A stretch of 63,406 nucleotides of DNA, filler included, from Phoronis australis (lineage: Eukaryota; Animalia; Phoronida): the NCBI GenBank assembly GCA_002633005.1. It is 3 parts of 3 records of this genome, joined end to end, with 100 filler letters (N's around TTAATTAATTAA, not from the genome) between each part and the next. Parts side by side here need not be neighbours in the genome. Positions count along the whole stretch, not along the records: positions 17,705 to 44,942 come from NMRA01001069.1; 2 more parts are not named here. The stretch is one strand, 5' to 3'. Positions within the stretch are counted from its first letter, which is position 1; each line of letters opens with the position of its first letter. A program made the translations under genes and the position numbers. Positions 25,086 through 38,031 of this stretch are shown here, one piece after another. The notes under the pieces were generated by a model, which saw only the letters and a list, made by a program, of their open reading frames with translations, had not been told where the DNA came from and ran no database searches.

Positions 25086-28000
25086 CAGTGTTCTCCACAC
25101 CTGAAAATCTAAACAAATCGCACACATCAAAATGCAACAAACATGCTGGAAATGCACAGCGGTCAATGTTCTCTTTAGGCTAGTGTACACCTTATTTTTA
25201 CCCACGCACTTCAACAGTTTTAGTGCAAATAAATAACTGTTTGTTCTCAACTTTTTATTTTTAAAAGGTGGAATTATTTACAAACATATCACATACCGTC
25301 ATAAACCACTTGTTTAGTCAATGACTTTCAAATGGAAGTCTTAACAGAGATGTGTGTGAAACAGTATGGGTAAATATCTTATTCAAAACTTGTAATGTCA
25401 CTGTCAACTAAGTCCAGAAAGTTTAACTTAGAGATAAACTTTTCCCATGAAGTACAGTCCAAGTGAAATGTCTTTGTAAAGCCAGTCGCATTTTTATTAT
25501 GTCTTGATAGCGGAGTCTACATTTTCTCTGTCTAATGTCTTGCACTGCATTCTTCTGGTCAATTGATGTTCTGAAGTTGGTACAACATTAAACTTCTGCA
25601 CTGCCAGAATTCTTGTAAAAACTGCACGATATGCGAGTTCTCCATCATGAATACGAATTAGGTAGAGTTAAACAAAATGATTCACGTGAATTTTCCATTA
25701 ACTTGGATGTGAGTATTAGGTCTGTTGGTGAAAACCAATATTTCTAGAAAGACATCGACTGGATTGTAACTATGACATTCCCATAATTTTCAGGATTATC
25801 ACAAACTCATTCTTCCAGCTGATAACAGAATGCCGATGTCTCATGTTGGCGGCAAAAAGTCGGTCCACTGTTCATGACACCGATATTTTGATTCGTTGAC
25901 TGAGCCTGGCAGTATCTACACCATCGAGATCTGTATTATCTGAAGTATCTGCATCTGAGTCAAAGTCTGTATCTGAAACATCTCTGGGTTTTTAAAATAA
26001 TCCGTAGCAGTCTTTCTATGCCTTACCGCAGCACACAACATTGCTGGGTATATAGAATGCACATGTCAATTGGTAACGGAAGCCAGGATAGAATTAATAA
26101 TGTAAGGACCGCTCTAAGAAGACTCTGAGATCACAGGAGATATTATCATTTGTTTTCAATGAGAGCACATGATTTTGACTACAATTTCTTACTGCGAGAC
26201 GTTTTTTTTTAACTTTACCCAGTGTCGTCACTAGCTAGGAATTACTCCCCAGAAACCGCAAACGTCACACACAGCCGTTACCGAAGTTGGGTTGCGAACA
26301 GCTGAGCAGATTTTCAGGAGGAGTATGTGTCACAGATATAATGCTTATGCTGCCGACGAAACTCCTTATCAGGCAGTGAGATGAACTTAGTCAATCTCGA
26401 TGGGCCGGTGGTACCAAAACAAACCAATAATAATATATATATTATATATAGAAATGCGCAAACAACAACCAATGAGAATCATCAAAAGCGTTTCCATTCA
26501 AATGTTTGTTGAGACTGGTGTTGGGGAAATCAGACAAGTGTCGTGTGGCCCATGGAATGTTGAAAAATGTGGTACGAAAATAAAATTCTGACCACCCAAA
26601 AGACTGCAATTGTACAAACTCTTGCACAATAGTGTCTTTGCTGACTAGTTAGAATTCACAGAACTAACCACTGAACCTTAATTATTTTCAATGGGTTATA
26701 CGATCACTTGTCCATGGAACCCTTGTCCATGGAACCCAGACTGACTAGAAAAGGGCCTAAGGATCAGCAACTTTCATGCTGTACTGCACCTACAGTGAGC
26801 AGGTAGTGGATTAGGCTTATAGGTGGCACTGGGCCTTTGTTTAAATTCAATTGACTATGATTAGTTGTACTGGATGAATTGAAGAGATGATTTAGAGATT
26901 TTTTATTGGCTGCCATTCACTATAAATGGACTAGCTGCTGGGTCTGCCACTTGAGTGAGTTTGGTGACTAGGCTTTCAACAATTAACCACTTGGCCTTTA
27001 TTCAGTTTCAATGGGCTATGGCCAGTTGTTGTCAAAGGTAATTTGAACCAGTGAAGGCCTTATTAATGATGATGTCTTTTTATACGCCCACATATTTATA
27101 TGTGGCCGCATTATGCCGCCATCTCCGTCCGTCCGGGCGGCGTCCGTCCGGCGTCCGGCGTCTGCTGCTTTATCTCCAAAACCCTTTGACACACGTTCAT
27201 GAAATTTGACACATTGGCTCCATTCATGAATGAGACGGCATGTGCGAACTTTCGGACGGATCCGACTACTGGTGTGCCCCCTAGTGGCAATTTTAGTTTT
27301 TTACGCTTACTTTTGTATCTTCAAAAGTCCTGAAAGGATTTTCATGAAATTTGGTATGTAGGCACCTATTACTGAGGTGATGGTATCCTCCCGATTTCAA
27401 ATGGATTCAACGTAGTTTGCGCCACCTAGTGGCCATTTTTACTGTTTTCGAGTTTGGATTTTTGCTTCCACCCCTCTATCAACCAAACCGCTCAAAGGAT
27501 GATTGTGAAAATTGGCGTGTATGTGCTTACTATAAGGAAGACAGCTGACAATGATTTTCAGACAATTTGCACTACTGTGGCGCCTCCTAGTGGCAGTTTT
27601 GTTTTTTTGCGCCCATGGCTGTATAGATCTCCGAAACCGATTGCAGGATCTTTACTAAATTTAGCAAGTGTATTTATGTGATGTTGACAACGGACGATGA
27701 CGACTTTAGGATAATTCTGACTACCGGTATGCCTCTAGTGGCAATTTTAGTATTTGCCTCTATTGGCAATTTTAGTATTTTACATTGACCTCTGTATTTT
27801 CATAGGTCTTCAGGTGTATACTTTGTGTTACTTCGTGACTGTGAAGGAAAAGTTCCAAGTAGAAATTTGTTTCTGGCATTCTAATGCTGTGCTAATCTCG
27901 TATGTTGGTAAATTTGTTTTTAATTCTATGTTTCTGTGGTGCTTTAAGCAACTGGTGTATAGGATGTGCTTGTATTATGAAGATTACTCACATTTTGCCC

Positions 28001-28294
28001 CTAGCCTATTGAGGAGACAATGACCATGCCTTTCCATTTTGCAAAGTACAACATACTACATATATGCCCTCTACTGGCCACTTTATGGTACCAATAAACA
28101 ACCCTAGAAGGTTACCGTATGCGGTGCAATTGTGGGCGCATTTCAACGCTCTGCGTTGCTCTTGTTTACAAACTGCTTCCTATTTTTTAAACCGGTTGCT
28201 GGATTTTTAAACAGGACATGGGACATTTAAACAGGACGTGCGTTGTGCCAAACAGGACGCTGCGACAAATTAAAAGCGGTTGTGGAGAACACTG
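25086..28294. mobile_element. hAT-like element (~2.1 kb plus nested HINE), 5-bp TSD AGTAC
   Basis: AGTAC|CAGTGTTCTCCAC...GTGGAGAACACTG|AGTAC. Same TIR as 5071 and 18658, but a different interior. Confidence 0.85.
27077..28167 (+). mobile_element. Complete non-autonomous Helentron/HINE (DINE-1-like) element
   Basis: 5' TTTTT-ATACGCCCACA subTIR with adjacent inverted repeat, (CCGT)n microsatellite, internal CTAGTGGC subrepeats, 3' subTIR TGTGGGCGCAT, hairpin CAACGC-TCT-GCGTTG and CTTGTTT end. No TSD; inserted in a T-run. Confidence 0.8.
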
Positions 28295-29486
28295 AGTACC
28301 CAAAAAGAGATTATAACCTTGAGGGGAATTCATTGGAGGAGAGCACCTGTTCAGAGCAATTTCGTGTGATTTTTAAACATTTTTCTTCGGTGGATTAAGC
28401 GATATTAGGCCTCAAAATAAAAAACCTTGTTTAAAGTTGTAACTATGTTGATATGCTTTATCGAATTTAGCAATATTTACTTTCTGTTCTTGGACATTTA
28501 TGTCTTAGTAGTTGTGTGAAAATCTCATTCCTGAATCTCATAGCTGTTGATTTTTATTCAGATTAAAAGTGTCTTCTGAGACTACCAACATAGGTAAGAC
28601 ATACTTAAAAGTGGCCATTGGAAATATGTGTGGTTTGGCGTGCATCTGGGTTGGGTGAGCTTCAGTACTTCCCGTGACAAAATATTTACTGTTTTATTTT
28701 GAAGTTCTTCCCCTATATGCAGGACTGCCTTCTGTGGTGGTGTGGAACACTTGAACTAGTAAAGCTTGTAGTTCTTGGCCTGCACCCCTGGAAACTTTGC
28801 TTGAGTTTGGTTTTTCGCAAGTGTTTTGCATTTACAGAATGCAGCCCAGGTATGTTGTCAATCAAAGTTAACATCCTAGAAACATAGATCTGCCCCTATT
28901 GCGGTTGCAGTGCTTTTCCCTTTACCCCAGGCTTGGCCCTCGTGCAGAAATGACGGCATTTTGCCAAACATGAGCTTTAAAACTACAATCCTAGGCGTGA
29001 TGGATTTCTCAAACCAAAGCCATGCTGGGTATTTTCAACTCTTAACCTTCCTTTCTTGACTAATGGTCACTTCCACTCTCAAACTTTGAAGCAATCAATG
29101 TTAATCATCCATTAACTGGTGTTTTCAAATTGACAATAGTTGATGTGTCTTCCCATGAGCCTGAGGGTGTTTGTTTGGTATTTGTGGAAATGTGCACAAC
29201 TTGGTGGCACCAGGGTCTTGTTGGGTGAGTTGGCACATTTTTATGTTTGAATCACTTTCTGGGGAATAGCTTGTAGTATCTATAGTTCATCAATCCCCAG
29301 TCAAGTTCATTTTTCCACATGGCAGTGTGTTGAGTGATTTCAGTGTAGTGTGGTGCTAAAAAGCATAGCTGTACAGGGTTTTTCTTTGGCCTGAACAAAG
29401 GGTTTAACTGTCATTTTTATGGGAACAAAGTTTTACTATGGTATTACGTATATACATAAACAGTGTTGTAATACTGACACCAATAC

Positions 29487-29897
29487 CAGGGCTCGGTGCT
29501 ATTAAAATTGCTAGGTCGTATTTTGTGACCTAGCCAAAATCCCAGGTCGCATTGTCAAATCCAGCTCGCTTTCATAAATGCCAGGTCGCAAAATTTTCCC
29601 ATTTATGCCAAAATTGATTTTTGAGATCATCAAGAAAATGTTTAGATTATGCTCTTACCTGTGGCGTTAAATACTCACAAATTTCAGATCGCACAATTGA
29701 CTTCATTCATGCAGGTATGGCGTTACTGTTCTTCACGACTGCCGTTGAAAGGCTCTAGAGCGCAAGGCAAGTTGCTGACGTGAAAGTTGAATCAGTGCTC
29801 TCTAACTGAAATGTGCATTAGAGTAGCTGAATTTGCAGTGTGAATAGGGAGAAAATGCCTGTTGAAAAAGTAAGCGGGATTTTGCTAGGTCTCACCT
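29487..29897 (+). mobile_element. 5' half of the 20333-21124 hAT-like family
   Basis: Starts CAGGGCTC; colinear with 20333-20750. Confidence 0.85.
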
Positions 29898-29946
29898 GCT
29901 ATTGGCTGTCATCAAAGTCGTTAAAGGAGAATGCCACCCGATTTAA

Positions 29947-32900
29947 TTTACTTGGCGAAATTTCGCCAAGTATGTTGCTCTTCCATCAAGTATGTTGGTC
30001 TGACATCAAGTTTTTTACTTGGCGAAATAAATTTCGCCAAGTTTGTTGTTCTTCCATCAAGTTTTTTTGTTAGCACTGTACAGGTCGCAATTTTCGTTTG
30101 ATTCTCACAAAATTTGCACACGACGTGTAGATCGTAAAGTCCTGGAAGCCTAATGTTTTTTGGTCATGATCGGATTCAAAATGGCGGACGTGGCGGCCAT
30201 TTTGTTTCAGATTTCACATTCAAATGCTCGTAGAGGCGGCATTTTTTGACTTTCAGAGCTGAAACTTGGTACGATTATTATAGAACACGTGCTACAACTG
30301 TGCCGAAAAACGTTGACTTCTGGTTTAAGATGGCGGAAACATCGGCGATCGCGCATGCGCACCTCGATTTTGGCCTTAAAACGTTTTCTCCTGTAGAGGG
30401 CGCATTATGAGGCCAATTCCTTCGAATTTTTGCAGGTATTAGTTTCTTATGACATGCTATTATTCAAAGTCAAAAAACCGGAAGTTGCTTTCAAAATGGC
30501 GGATCTGACGCATGTTGACCCATTTTCAGTCGTGCTGGAGTGCCATTTTAAACGGGAAGAGAAAAAGACGTGATTTTTTGCAAGTGGATTCTCTGAGGTG
30601 TACTCTTTCAAATGACCTGTGACAATTTTTTTTCTCAGACTTGCCGTTTTCGAGTTATTTGACTTTAAATTTCTTTAAAAAACGCCAAATTTCATTTTTT
30701 TCGAAGAATTTACGAAATGAGGCAGTACCATCAGTTTAGATAGAGTTTTAAACGGGATTTCAGAAGATGTTTTTCATTTTTCGCTACGACGTCTACTTTT
30801 TGAATTATTTGAGATTTTCTGATAGCGCTGTTCCTTTGTTGACAGCTCTTGCTGCACTGATGATGGTTTAGCTTCTGTTGAACTAGACTGTAGCTTATTT
30901 CTTGCTGATTTATGACATCTAATTGTTATGACGTTGTTCAGCATCATCACCATTGTCATCATATTCGTCATCTTCATCATCATCTCCGTCGTCTATGCAG
31001 TTAATTTCAGCAAGTGTCGCTCAAGACTGTAGCCTGTACTTACTGATTTCTGACCATCAAGACATTGCTCATACAGGCCGCATTTTTCAACGTGCAGGGC
31101 TGAAAATTGGTACGATTATTATAGCACACAAGCACTACAACTGCGCTGTAAATCTTTAACTTCCGGTCAAGGATGGCGAAAATATCGGCAATAGCGTATG
31201 TGCACCTGGATAACTGGCCAAAAACATTTTTTCGTGTAGAGGTGGAATTGGTGAACCAATCATTTTCAAACTGGTCACGTGTTTGTTGCTATTGATTGGT
31301 TTTTATAAAATTTTGTTTAACCGGAAGTCACTTTCAAGATGGCGGTTGTTGCGCATTTTCAGCCGTTTTCAATTGTTCTACGGTCGCATTTTTAAGGGGA
31401 AGAGCAAATGACGTGAATTTTTGCATGTGGATTCCTTGAAGTATGCTCTTTCAAAAGTTCTGTGATAACGTTTTTTTCGGACTTGCCGTTTTCGAGTTAT
31501 TTGACTTTGAATTTCAAAAAAACACAAAATTTCAATTTTTTCAAAAAAAGTATGAAATGTTGCGAAACTATCAATTTAGATAGAGTTTGGAACGGTCTTT
31601 CAGAAGATGTTTTCTATTTTTCGCTTGGACGTCTACTTCTTGGAATTATTTGAGATTTTCTAATAGGGCTCTTCCTTTGTTGAGCGCTCTTACTGCATTG
31701 ATGTTGGTTTAGATTATTTGAACAAGACTGTAGCTTATTTCTTACTAATTTATGACATCTAAGTTCGTCGTATGAATGTTATCGTGTTGTTCATAATCTC
31801 CGCCTTCATCGTCATGATTGTTATCGTCGTCCTCCCCATCGTCCTGTTTTCGCGTAATTTCGCCAAGTGTCGCTCCTCTGAGCGCTCTCGTTTTTTTTTC
31901 GGTTGTTCGCATGATACAGGCCCCAATTTTCGTTCGATCATCAGGAAATTTACACATAACATGTTGATCTGGAAGTACTGGAAGCCTATTGTTAAGATAG
32001 CGGCTGTGGCGGCCTTTTTGTTTTCATTTTAAGATTCAAAGGCTTCTGGAGGCTACAATTTTTTATGTACAGACCTGAAAATCGGCACAATTAATGGACC
32101 GGATGTGCTCTATATTTATACCGGAAATTGTTCACTTCCATTTAAAGATGGCGGAAAATATTGGCACTCGCGCATGCGCACCTCTATTTCGGGAAAAAAA
32201 ATTTCTCCTGTAGAGGGCGCATTGTTGGGCCAATTCCTTCGAATTTTTTCAGATACTAGTTTTTTATGGCATGCTATTATATAAAGCCAAAAAACCGGAA
32301 GTTGCTTTCAGGATGGCATTTTCAGTCGTGCTGGAGTGCCATTTTTAATGGGAAGATAAAAAGACGTGATTTTTTGCATGTGGATTCTTCGAGGTATACT
32401 TTCAAATGACCTGTAACAATTTTTTCTCATACTTACCGTTTTCGAGTTATTTGACTAAGAAATTAAAAAAACGCTGAAGTTTACGAAATTAGCTGATACC
32501 ATCAGTTTAGATAGAGTTTTGAATGGGCTTTCAGGAGATGTTTTCCATTTTTCGCTAGGACGTCTACTTTTCGAATTATTCGAGATTTTCTGATAGCGCT
32601 GTTCCTTTTTTGAGCGCTCTTGCTGCATTGATGTTGGTTTAGTTTCTATTCAACAAGTGTGTAGCCTATTTCTTGCTGAGTTATGACATGTAAGTGCTTT
32701 ATATGAATGTAATGATGTTGTTCAGCATCATCACCATCGTCATCATATTCGTTATCTTCGTCATCATCTCTTCAGTTAATTTTCGCCAAGTGTCGTTCAA
32801 GACTGTAGCCTATACTGATGTCTGGCCTCTACTTTCGTCTTGTGAATGTTATCATTACTTGAATTGTTCATCATCGCCACCATCGTTGTCACATTCGTCC

Positions 32901-32969
32901 TCTTCATCATCATCTCTATCGTCTTTTCTGTTAATTTCGCCAAGTGTCGCTCCTCGGAGCGCTTTCATT
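29947..32969 (+). mobile_element. Helentron/HINE-type element with duplicated ends and three ~0.85-0.95 kb internal units
   Basis: Inserted at TT. 5' 24-bp palindrome TACTTGGCGAAATTTCGCCAAGTA, repeated at ~30015-30042. 3' subTIR TTTCGCCAAGT plus hairpin CGCTCC-TC-GGAGCG. End-like motifs also at ~31005, 31857 and 32779. Confidence 0.75.
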
Positions 32970-33900
32970 AGTTTTTTTTATCGTCTAAATCAGTCTATAT
33001 CCACATCGCCTCTTATACGGTCGACCTCACCTAACCTGTGGAGAAGGTAAGAAACGACGCAGCGACGTCAGTGGTTCGTCTGCAGAGTGAAATGCATTCC
33101 CGCTTGTCCGAACTGTGAAGTTGTGAAGAAAGCCGGTATATCGTTTTTTCGACTTCTTTGAGAGCCCGAAAAGCTTAGGAAATGGCTCGTAGTGAAGAAT
33201 GAAAGGTTGGGTGCTAATAGCAAGTATGAGGCCGTGAAACATCTCTGTGTCTGTGGCCGGCATTACGTCGACAGTGATTTCTCTGACGAATTCCGGCTAA
33301 GCAAAGAACTATCCATCCGTTTCGTTGCCTGTGCATGTTCACGGCGCCTCTCTAGATCAGTGTATTCCGGTTCGAACTGATAGCCTGTGAAACCTAATGA
33401 TCCGACCCGTGAAGTTTTCGTCGCATGAGCTCTTGACTAAGTCGGGATTGGCGCTGGGCGAGTTGCCGTTTATTAGTAGACGTTTATAACTCTGCGTTCT
33501 GTTTCGAAATGAATTATTCTCATCCTAAATATATAAAGGTAAATAAAACAACAAGAATGGATCAACTGAAATTTTCGGATATAATAACGTCCTTCGTCAA
33601 CAGAAACAGAAATACAGTAAAATCAAACACTATATGACAATTGACATTGAAGATGTGTTGTAATGAATATGATACATTGTTGCGGAAATAATTAAATGAT
33701 ATAATGTAAAAATTTTTTATGTTTAATCCATGAGGTTCTAGTGTATTGAGCTTGTCTATAAAAAATTGTTCTTTTTAATATCCGTAAATTTCAGTTGATC
33801 CATTCTTGTTGTTTTATTTACCTTCATATATATACATATACATATACATATATATATGTATATATATATTTTACAATTCGTGTAACAAAAGTGTCCTTAA

Positions 33901-35589
33901 AGGAGCATGCCACCCGAAAAACAACCCAAGTTGTATCAATTTAGATCGAGTAGTTCTACTCCATAACGACACGTACGGTTGCGTTACGTGACACCTGACG
34001 GCAGGCGGAGGTGTTGAAATTATCCAATGACGTCATCGGTTTCACACGCAGTCTGTTCAGCAGTTCACAACACGGGTTACTGGTGTCAGCTTATCGCTTG
34101 AAGTCATCGTTTAACACCAATAAATCATCAAACTTCGATGTAAAACTCTTAAAAATACACCGAGTTCTTATAAAAACGTGTTGTTTTATTTTGCTCTTAC
34201 GGATTTTTTGGTATTTGGACACACCGTAGTCTACAAAGTTCGACAGGCCAACTAAGTCCATATCAGGAGTTTGAAGTCTGTTTGGAAATAGTTTCGAAGT
34301 ATTTTCCGTGAGATACAGGAGAACCTAGATCTGTGTTGTTTAGACTTGTGATTTTTTTAGGTCTGAACACAAAACGCTTGTTGTCTCGGCCAGTGGCCGG
34401 AGCCCGATCAGGCCTGTCGTGGCCGCCCAGATCGATGGACTCGTTGCGGCCGCGGCCAGTGGCTCGGAAACTGATCAGACATCACAAACATAAACCAGCC
34501 AAAGTTCAGTGGAAACTAAACTTTCAATCAAGAAAATACTACACTAGTTAGTCAAAATAATGTGCACGTGATTATGTTGGCGAATTAGCAACGAAACTAA
34601 AAATCTACTTACTCGTGGGGGTCCGCGAATTCAGTTCCGATTTGGCCACAGCACCGTCGGGGCAGAAGTTGTACATTGACAATCTTTATTTGAGTAATGT
34701 AAATGTTAATAAAGATTCCCCTAACACCTGGCCGTGGGATGGAAATTGACTGAGTTGTTTCACAACAGTTTTTGCCAGCAAACACTTAAATTAGCATGAG
34801 CTCAGTCAGCTTTGCCTTAATTGTCCCGTCAATTAGTTTTATTGCTCCTAAGGTAACGCAGTGATTTATTCACTGCTGGCTTCTTAAATCATTTGCACTC
34901 ACGAACACTCTTAAGTCATTAGAACTTGCATCTAATGAGGCAGACATTGTTTAAGTTTTATATAAGCATTGGTTAGGGTGAGAATAATTCATTTTGAAAC
35001 AGAACGCTCAGTAACAAACATCAACATGGCAACGGCAATCCCGTGTGACTTAGATGAGAGCTCGTCAGTCGAACCCGACAAAGACTTCGCAGGTGGATCG
35101 TTAAGTTTAACAAGCTATCAATTCGAACAGGAATACAATGATGAAGACGCGCCGTGAACAAGCTCAGACAACGGAACGTATGGATAGTTATTTGGTAAGC
35201 CGGCATTCGTCAGGCACTGTCAACGACTGCTGGTCACAGACACGGAGATGCTTCACGGCCTCGTACTTACTATTTACAGCGTACTTTTCATTCTTCACTA
35301 CCACGAGCCACTTTCTAAGCATTTCGGACTCTCGTGGAAGTCGAAAAAAAAACGATATACCCGCTTTCCTTGCAGCTGCATAGTTCGGACAAGCGGGAAC
35401 GATGCACCGAAACATAGCGGCATTCACTCTGCAGATGAACCACTGATGTTGCTAGCATTGTTTCGCACCTTCCTCACAGGTTAACGCGACACCTCTTGGT
35501 AAGGTAAGGTTGATCGTATTCGAGGTGATGTGGATATAGACCGATTAAGACGGCCAAAAAAGACTAATTAAATCGGGTGGCATTCTCCT
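33901..35589 (+). mobile_element. Complete non-autonomous Kolobok-like element (copy B)
   Basis: TTAA TSDs (33897-33900, 35590-35593); TIR AGGAG(C/A)ATGCCACCCGA. Confidence 0.88.
35188..35427 (-). pseudogene. THAP zinc-finger remnant within the Kolobok element
   Basis: MFRCIVPACPN...GISFFFRLP...LRKWL...LRVC fits the THAP C2CH pattern with conserved P and W. Confidence 0.75.
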
Positions 35590-36847
35590 TTAAGAGGTTC
35601 TGGATCGCATTATTTAGTTTCAGATTTATTTTCTACGTTATTTATTCTCACCCTAACCAATGCTTATATGAAACTGAAACAAAGTCTGTCTCATTAGATA
35701 CAAGTTGTAATGTCTTGGAAAGCTCTTGAGTGCAAATGTTTTGAGAAGCCAGCAATGAATAAACCACTGTGTTACTGGCTTTTGACCGGTCACTTAGGCC
35801 GTGTGAGTGCATACTAATTCAGTGTTTGCTTGCAGAAAGCTCAATGTTGTGAAACAATTACTCGATTTTATATGCTATGGTAACAAATTAGGGGAATCTT
35901 CATTTAGAAATACAAATTATTCAAATCATTTTTACTGTATAACCTTTGCCCCGACGGTCTTTGGAAGGGGAACCCGACATCGCGGCCCCCCGACTAGTAA
36001 GTAAATTTTCAGTTTTGTGGCTAATTCACATAAATAATTACGTGCACATTATTTCATTAGCTCACTATTAATAGTCGTTTCGTGACTGGAGGTTTAGTTT
36101 CCAACTCAAGCTGGTTTACGTTCGTGCTAGACTCGGCAGCCGCAACGGGCGTGATTGGGTTTCGAGCCACTGTCAACAGACGATATTTGGAAATAATACA
36201 TAGTACCAAAAGGATGGTTTGCCGTGCCGTATTTGCCCTAATAACCGCCCAGGGTGTTTAGAAAAATTTGTTTCAGGGTGGGGGGGATAGGGGTTGCACT
36301 TGTTGTAACGCAAAGTAGTTGAAACCTGGACTCTGAAACGGGTGAAATCGGAAGCTAGGATTTATCATATTTACGCTTTGTGGCCTTTTTTGTAACCTAT
36401 GACAGACTTTCTAAAAAATTGTGGTGCATTGCTATCAAACTTAGTTATTAAATTTTGATCATTTTACAGAAAATTGTGCTGAAATCCCAAGGCGTAAACT
36501 CGCCGATTGACTGCCTCGCAATCGTCGATACAGGAACTTGAATGCTTGAATAAAAATAGTTAAAAAAATAGTTTCGACTCAAGCAAACTACCTGAAATCT
36601 TCCTTAAGTTTTCCAAATAGCATCTCTAAGATGTTTAATTTCCCAGTGAGTCGGGATTAACCGCAAGTTAATCCCAATTCTCCGCTAGGTCGTGCCATCT
36701 ATGATCGCAGGCCTACCCGCAACATGAGAAAAATCTCTACGAACTGACATGTTGTTGTTACATGATGTTTGTTTTTAAGTGCCTCTTTGTTATTGTGTGA
36801 GTAAGCGAGTGCGTGCGTGTCAGCAGAGTGCATTTGCCAGCGAGAGG

Positions 36848-37168
36848 AAACGCAATCTAACGAGCTAGATGTGCATTGTATCTAAACACAATCTAACAAG
36901 CTAGATGTGCATTGTATCTAAATAGCTAGATGTGCATGGTATCTAAACACAATCTAACGATCTAGATGTCCATTGTATACGCAATCTAACGAGCTAGATG
37001 TGCATTGTATCTAAACAATCTAACGTGCTAGATGTGCATTGTATCTAAACGCAATCTAACTAGCTAGATGTCCATTGTATCTAAACGCAATCTAACGAGC
37101 TAGATGTCCATTGTATCTAAACGCAATCTAACGAGCTAGATGTCCATTGTATCTAAACGCAATCTAAC
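36848..37168. repeat. 36-bp minisatellite (~9 copies) inside the Tc2-type element
   Basis: Unit AAACGCAATCTAACGAGCTAGATGT(C/G)CATTGTATCT. Confidence 0.9.
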
Positions 37169-37857
37169 NTATGTACAGACCTGAAAATCGGCACAATTAA
37201 TGGACCGGATGTGCTCTATATTTATACCGGAAATTGTTCACTTCCGTTTAAAGATGGCGGAAAATATTGGCACTCGCGCATGCGCACCTCTATTTCGGGA
37301 AAAAAATTTTCTCCTGTAGAGGGCGTATTGTTGGGCCAATTCCTTCGAATTTTTTCAGATACTAGTTTTTTATGGCATGCTATTATAGCTAGATGTCCGT
37401 TGTATCTAAAGAAACTTGCACAAGCAGTAAAGCTGGATGCGTTTCATTCAGCACTTGCCGGTCTCATCTGCCAAAAACGTTCGGCAATTGTCTCAGTAAG
37501 GCTCATATTAGTCGTCATGTGGCTGTCTGACAGATTTTTTTCGGGTGTAAGGGTGTGTAGCATTCACTGTCAGTGGTAATTGTATCGGATATTTGGCTTT
37601 AAGAACACCAATTATGGTTAATTAAACAATCCTGAAAAATAACGCAAAATTTTTTCATGGTATTAGAAACTGTCGGAAATTAGTGTCAATATTTATTTCT
37701 TGCCGATGCTATGCTATCTGTTGTGAATAGATTGGTCCCAATGATTAACGTTTGCAATGACAGGTATGTAGTGCGCGCTTCATGGCCATGACAGGTATGT
37801 AGTGCGCGCTTCATGGCCACGTGCTTTGAACATCAAATTTTGTCTTAGATTCACTAT

Positions 37858-38031
37858 TTTCACATGTACAAAGAAATTTGGAATCCTGTTGAGGGAGAAG
37901 ATATGGAATCTGTACGGGAAAGAATCAATCCCGTTGTCATGTACGTTGTGTCTGTTCTTAACGGCCAGACCATAGTGGGGCACGTTCCTTGCAAAATCAG
38001 CAAAACCTGCGTTCTTTTTAGAGCACATTAG
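37858..38031 (+). pseudogene. HIRAN-like domain remnant
   Basis: FHMYKEIWNPVEGEDMESVRERINPVVMYVVSVLNGQTIVGHVPCKISKTC fits the HIRAN-like pattern xHxYK..W.P..GE.....RE..N..D..AV.V.....VGH(V/I)P. Confidence 0.6.

Larger units (their letters stand above)
29925..36172 (-). mobile_element. Kolobok-like copy A in three pieces (29925-29948, 32970-33528, 35642-36172), inverted relative to copy B
   Basis: TTAA|AGGAGAATGCCACCCGATTTAATT. The pieces join into the reverse complement of ~34430-35589. THAP remnant KHLCVCGRHYVDSDF at ~33095-33290 (+). Confidence 0.75.

Noticed and set aside
25300-26400. Possible transposase remnant inside 25086-28294 (e.g. AVCDVCG on the minus strand)
   Set aside because: Too degraded to match a defined motif by eye.
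5071-28294. Transib/RAG-like origin for the 5-bp-TSD elements
   Set aside because: Termini are CAG, not the CAC(A/T)(A/G)TG heptamer; no RAG-like coding remnant seen.
30774-33050. Low-complexity ORFs (poly-M/S/D/I)
   Set aside because: Arise from (ATC/GTC)n-rich tracts within the HINE repeat units.
37170-37387. 218-bp near-identical copy of 32064-32281 inside the 36-bp array
   Set aside because: Begins right after an N and lacks element ends; more likely mis-assembly than a real insertion.
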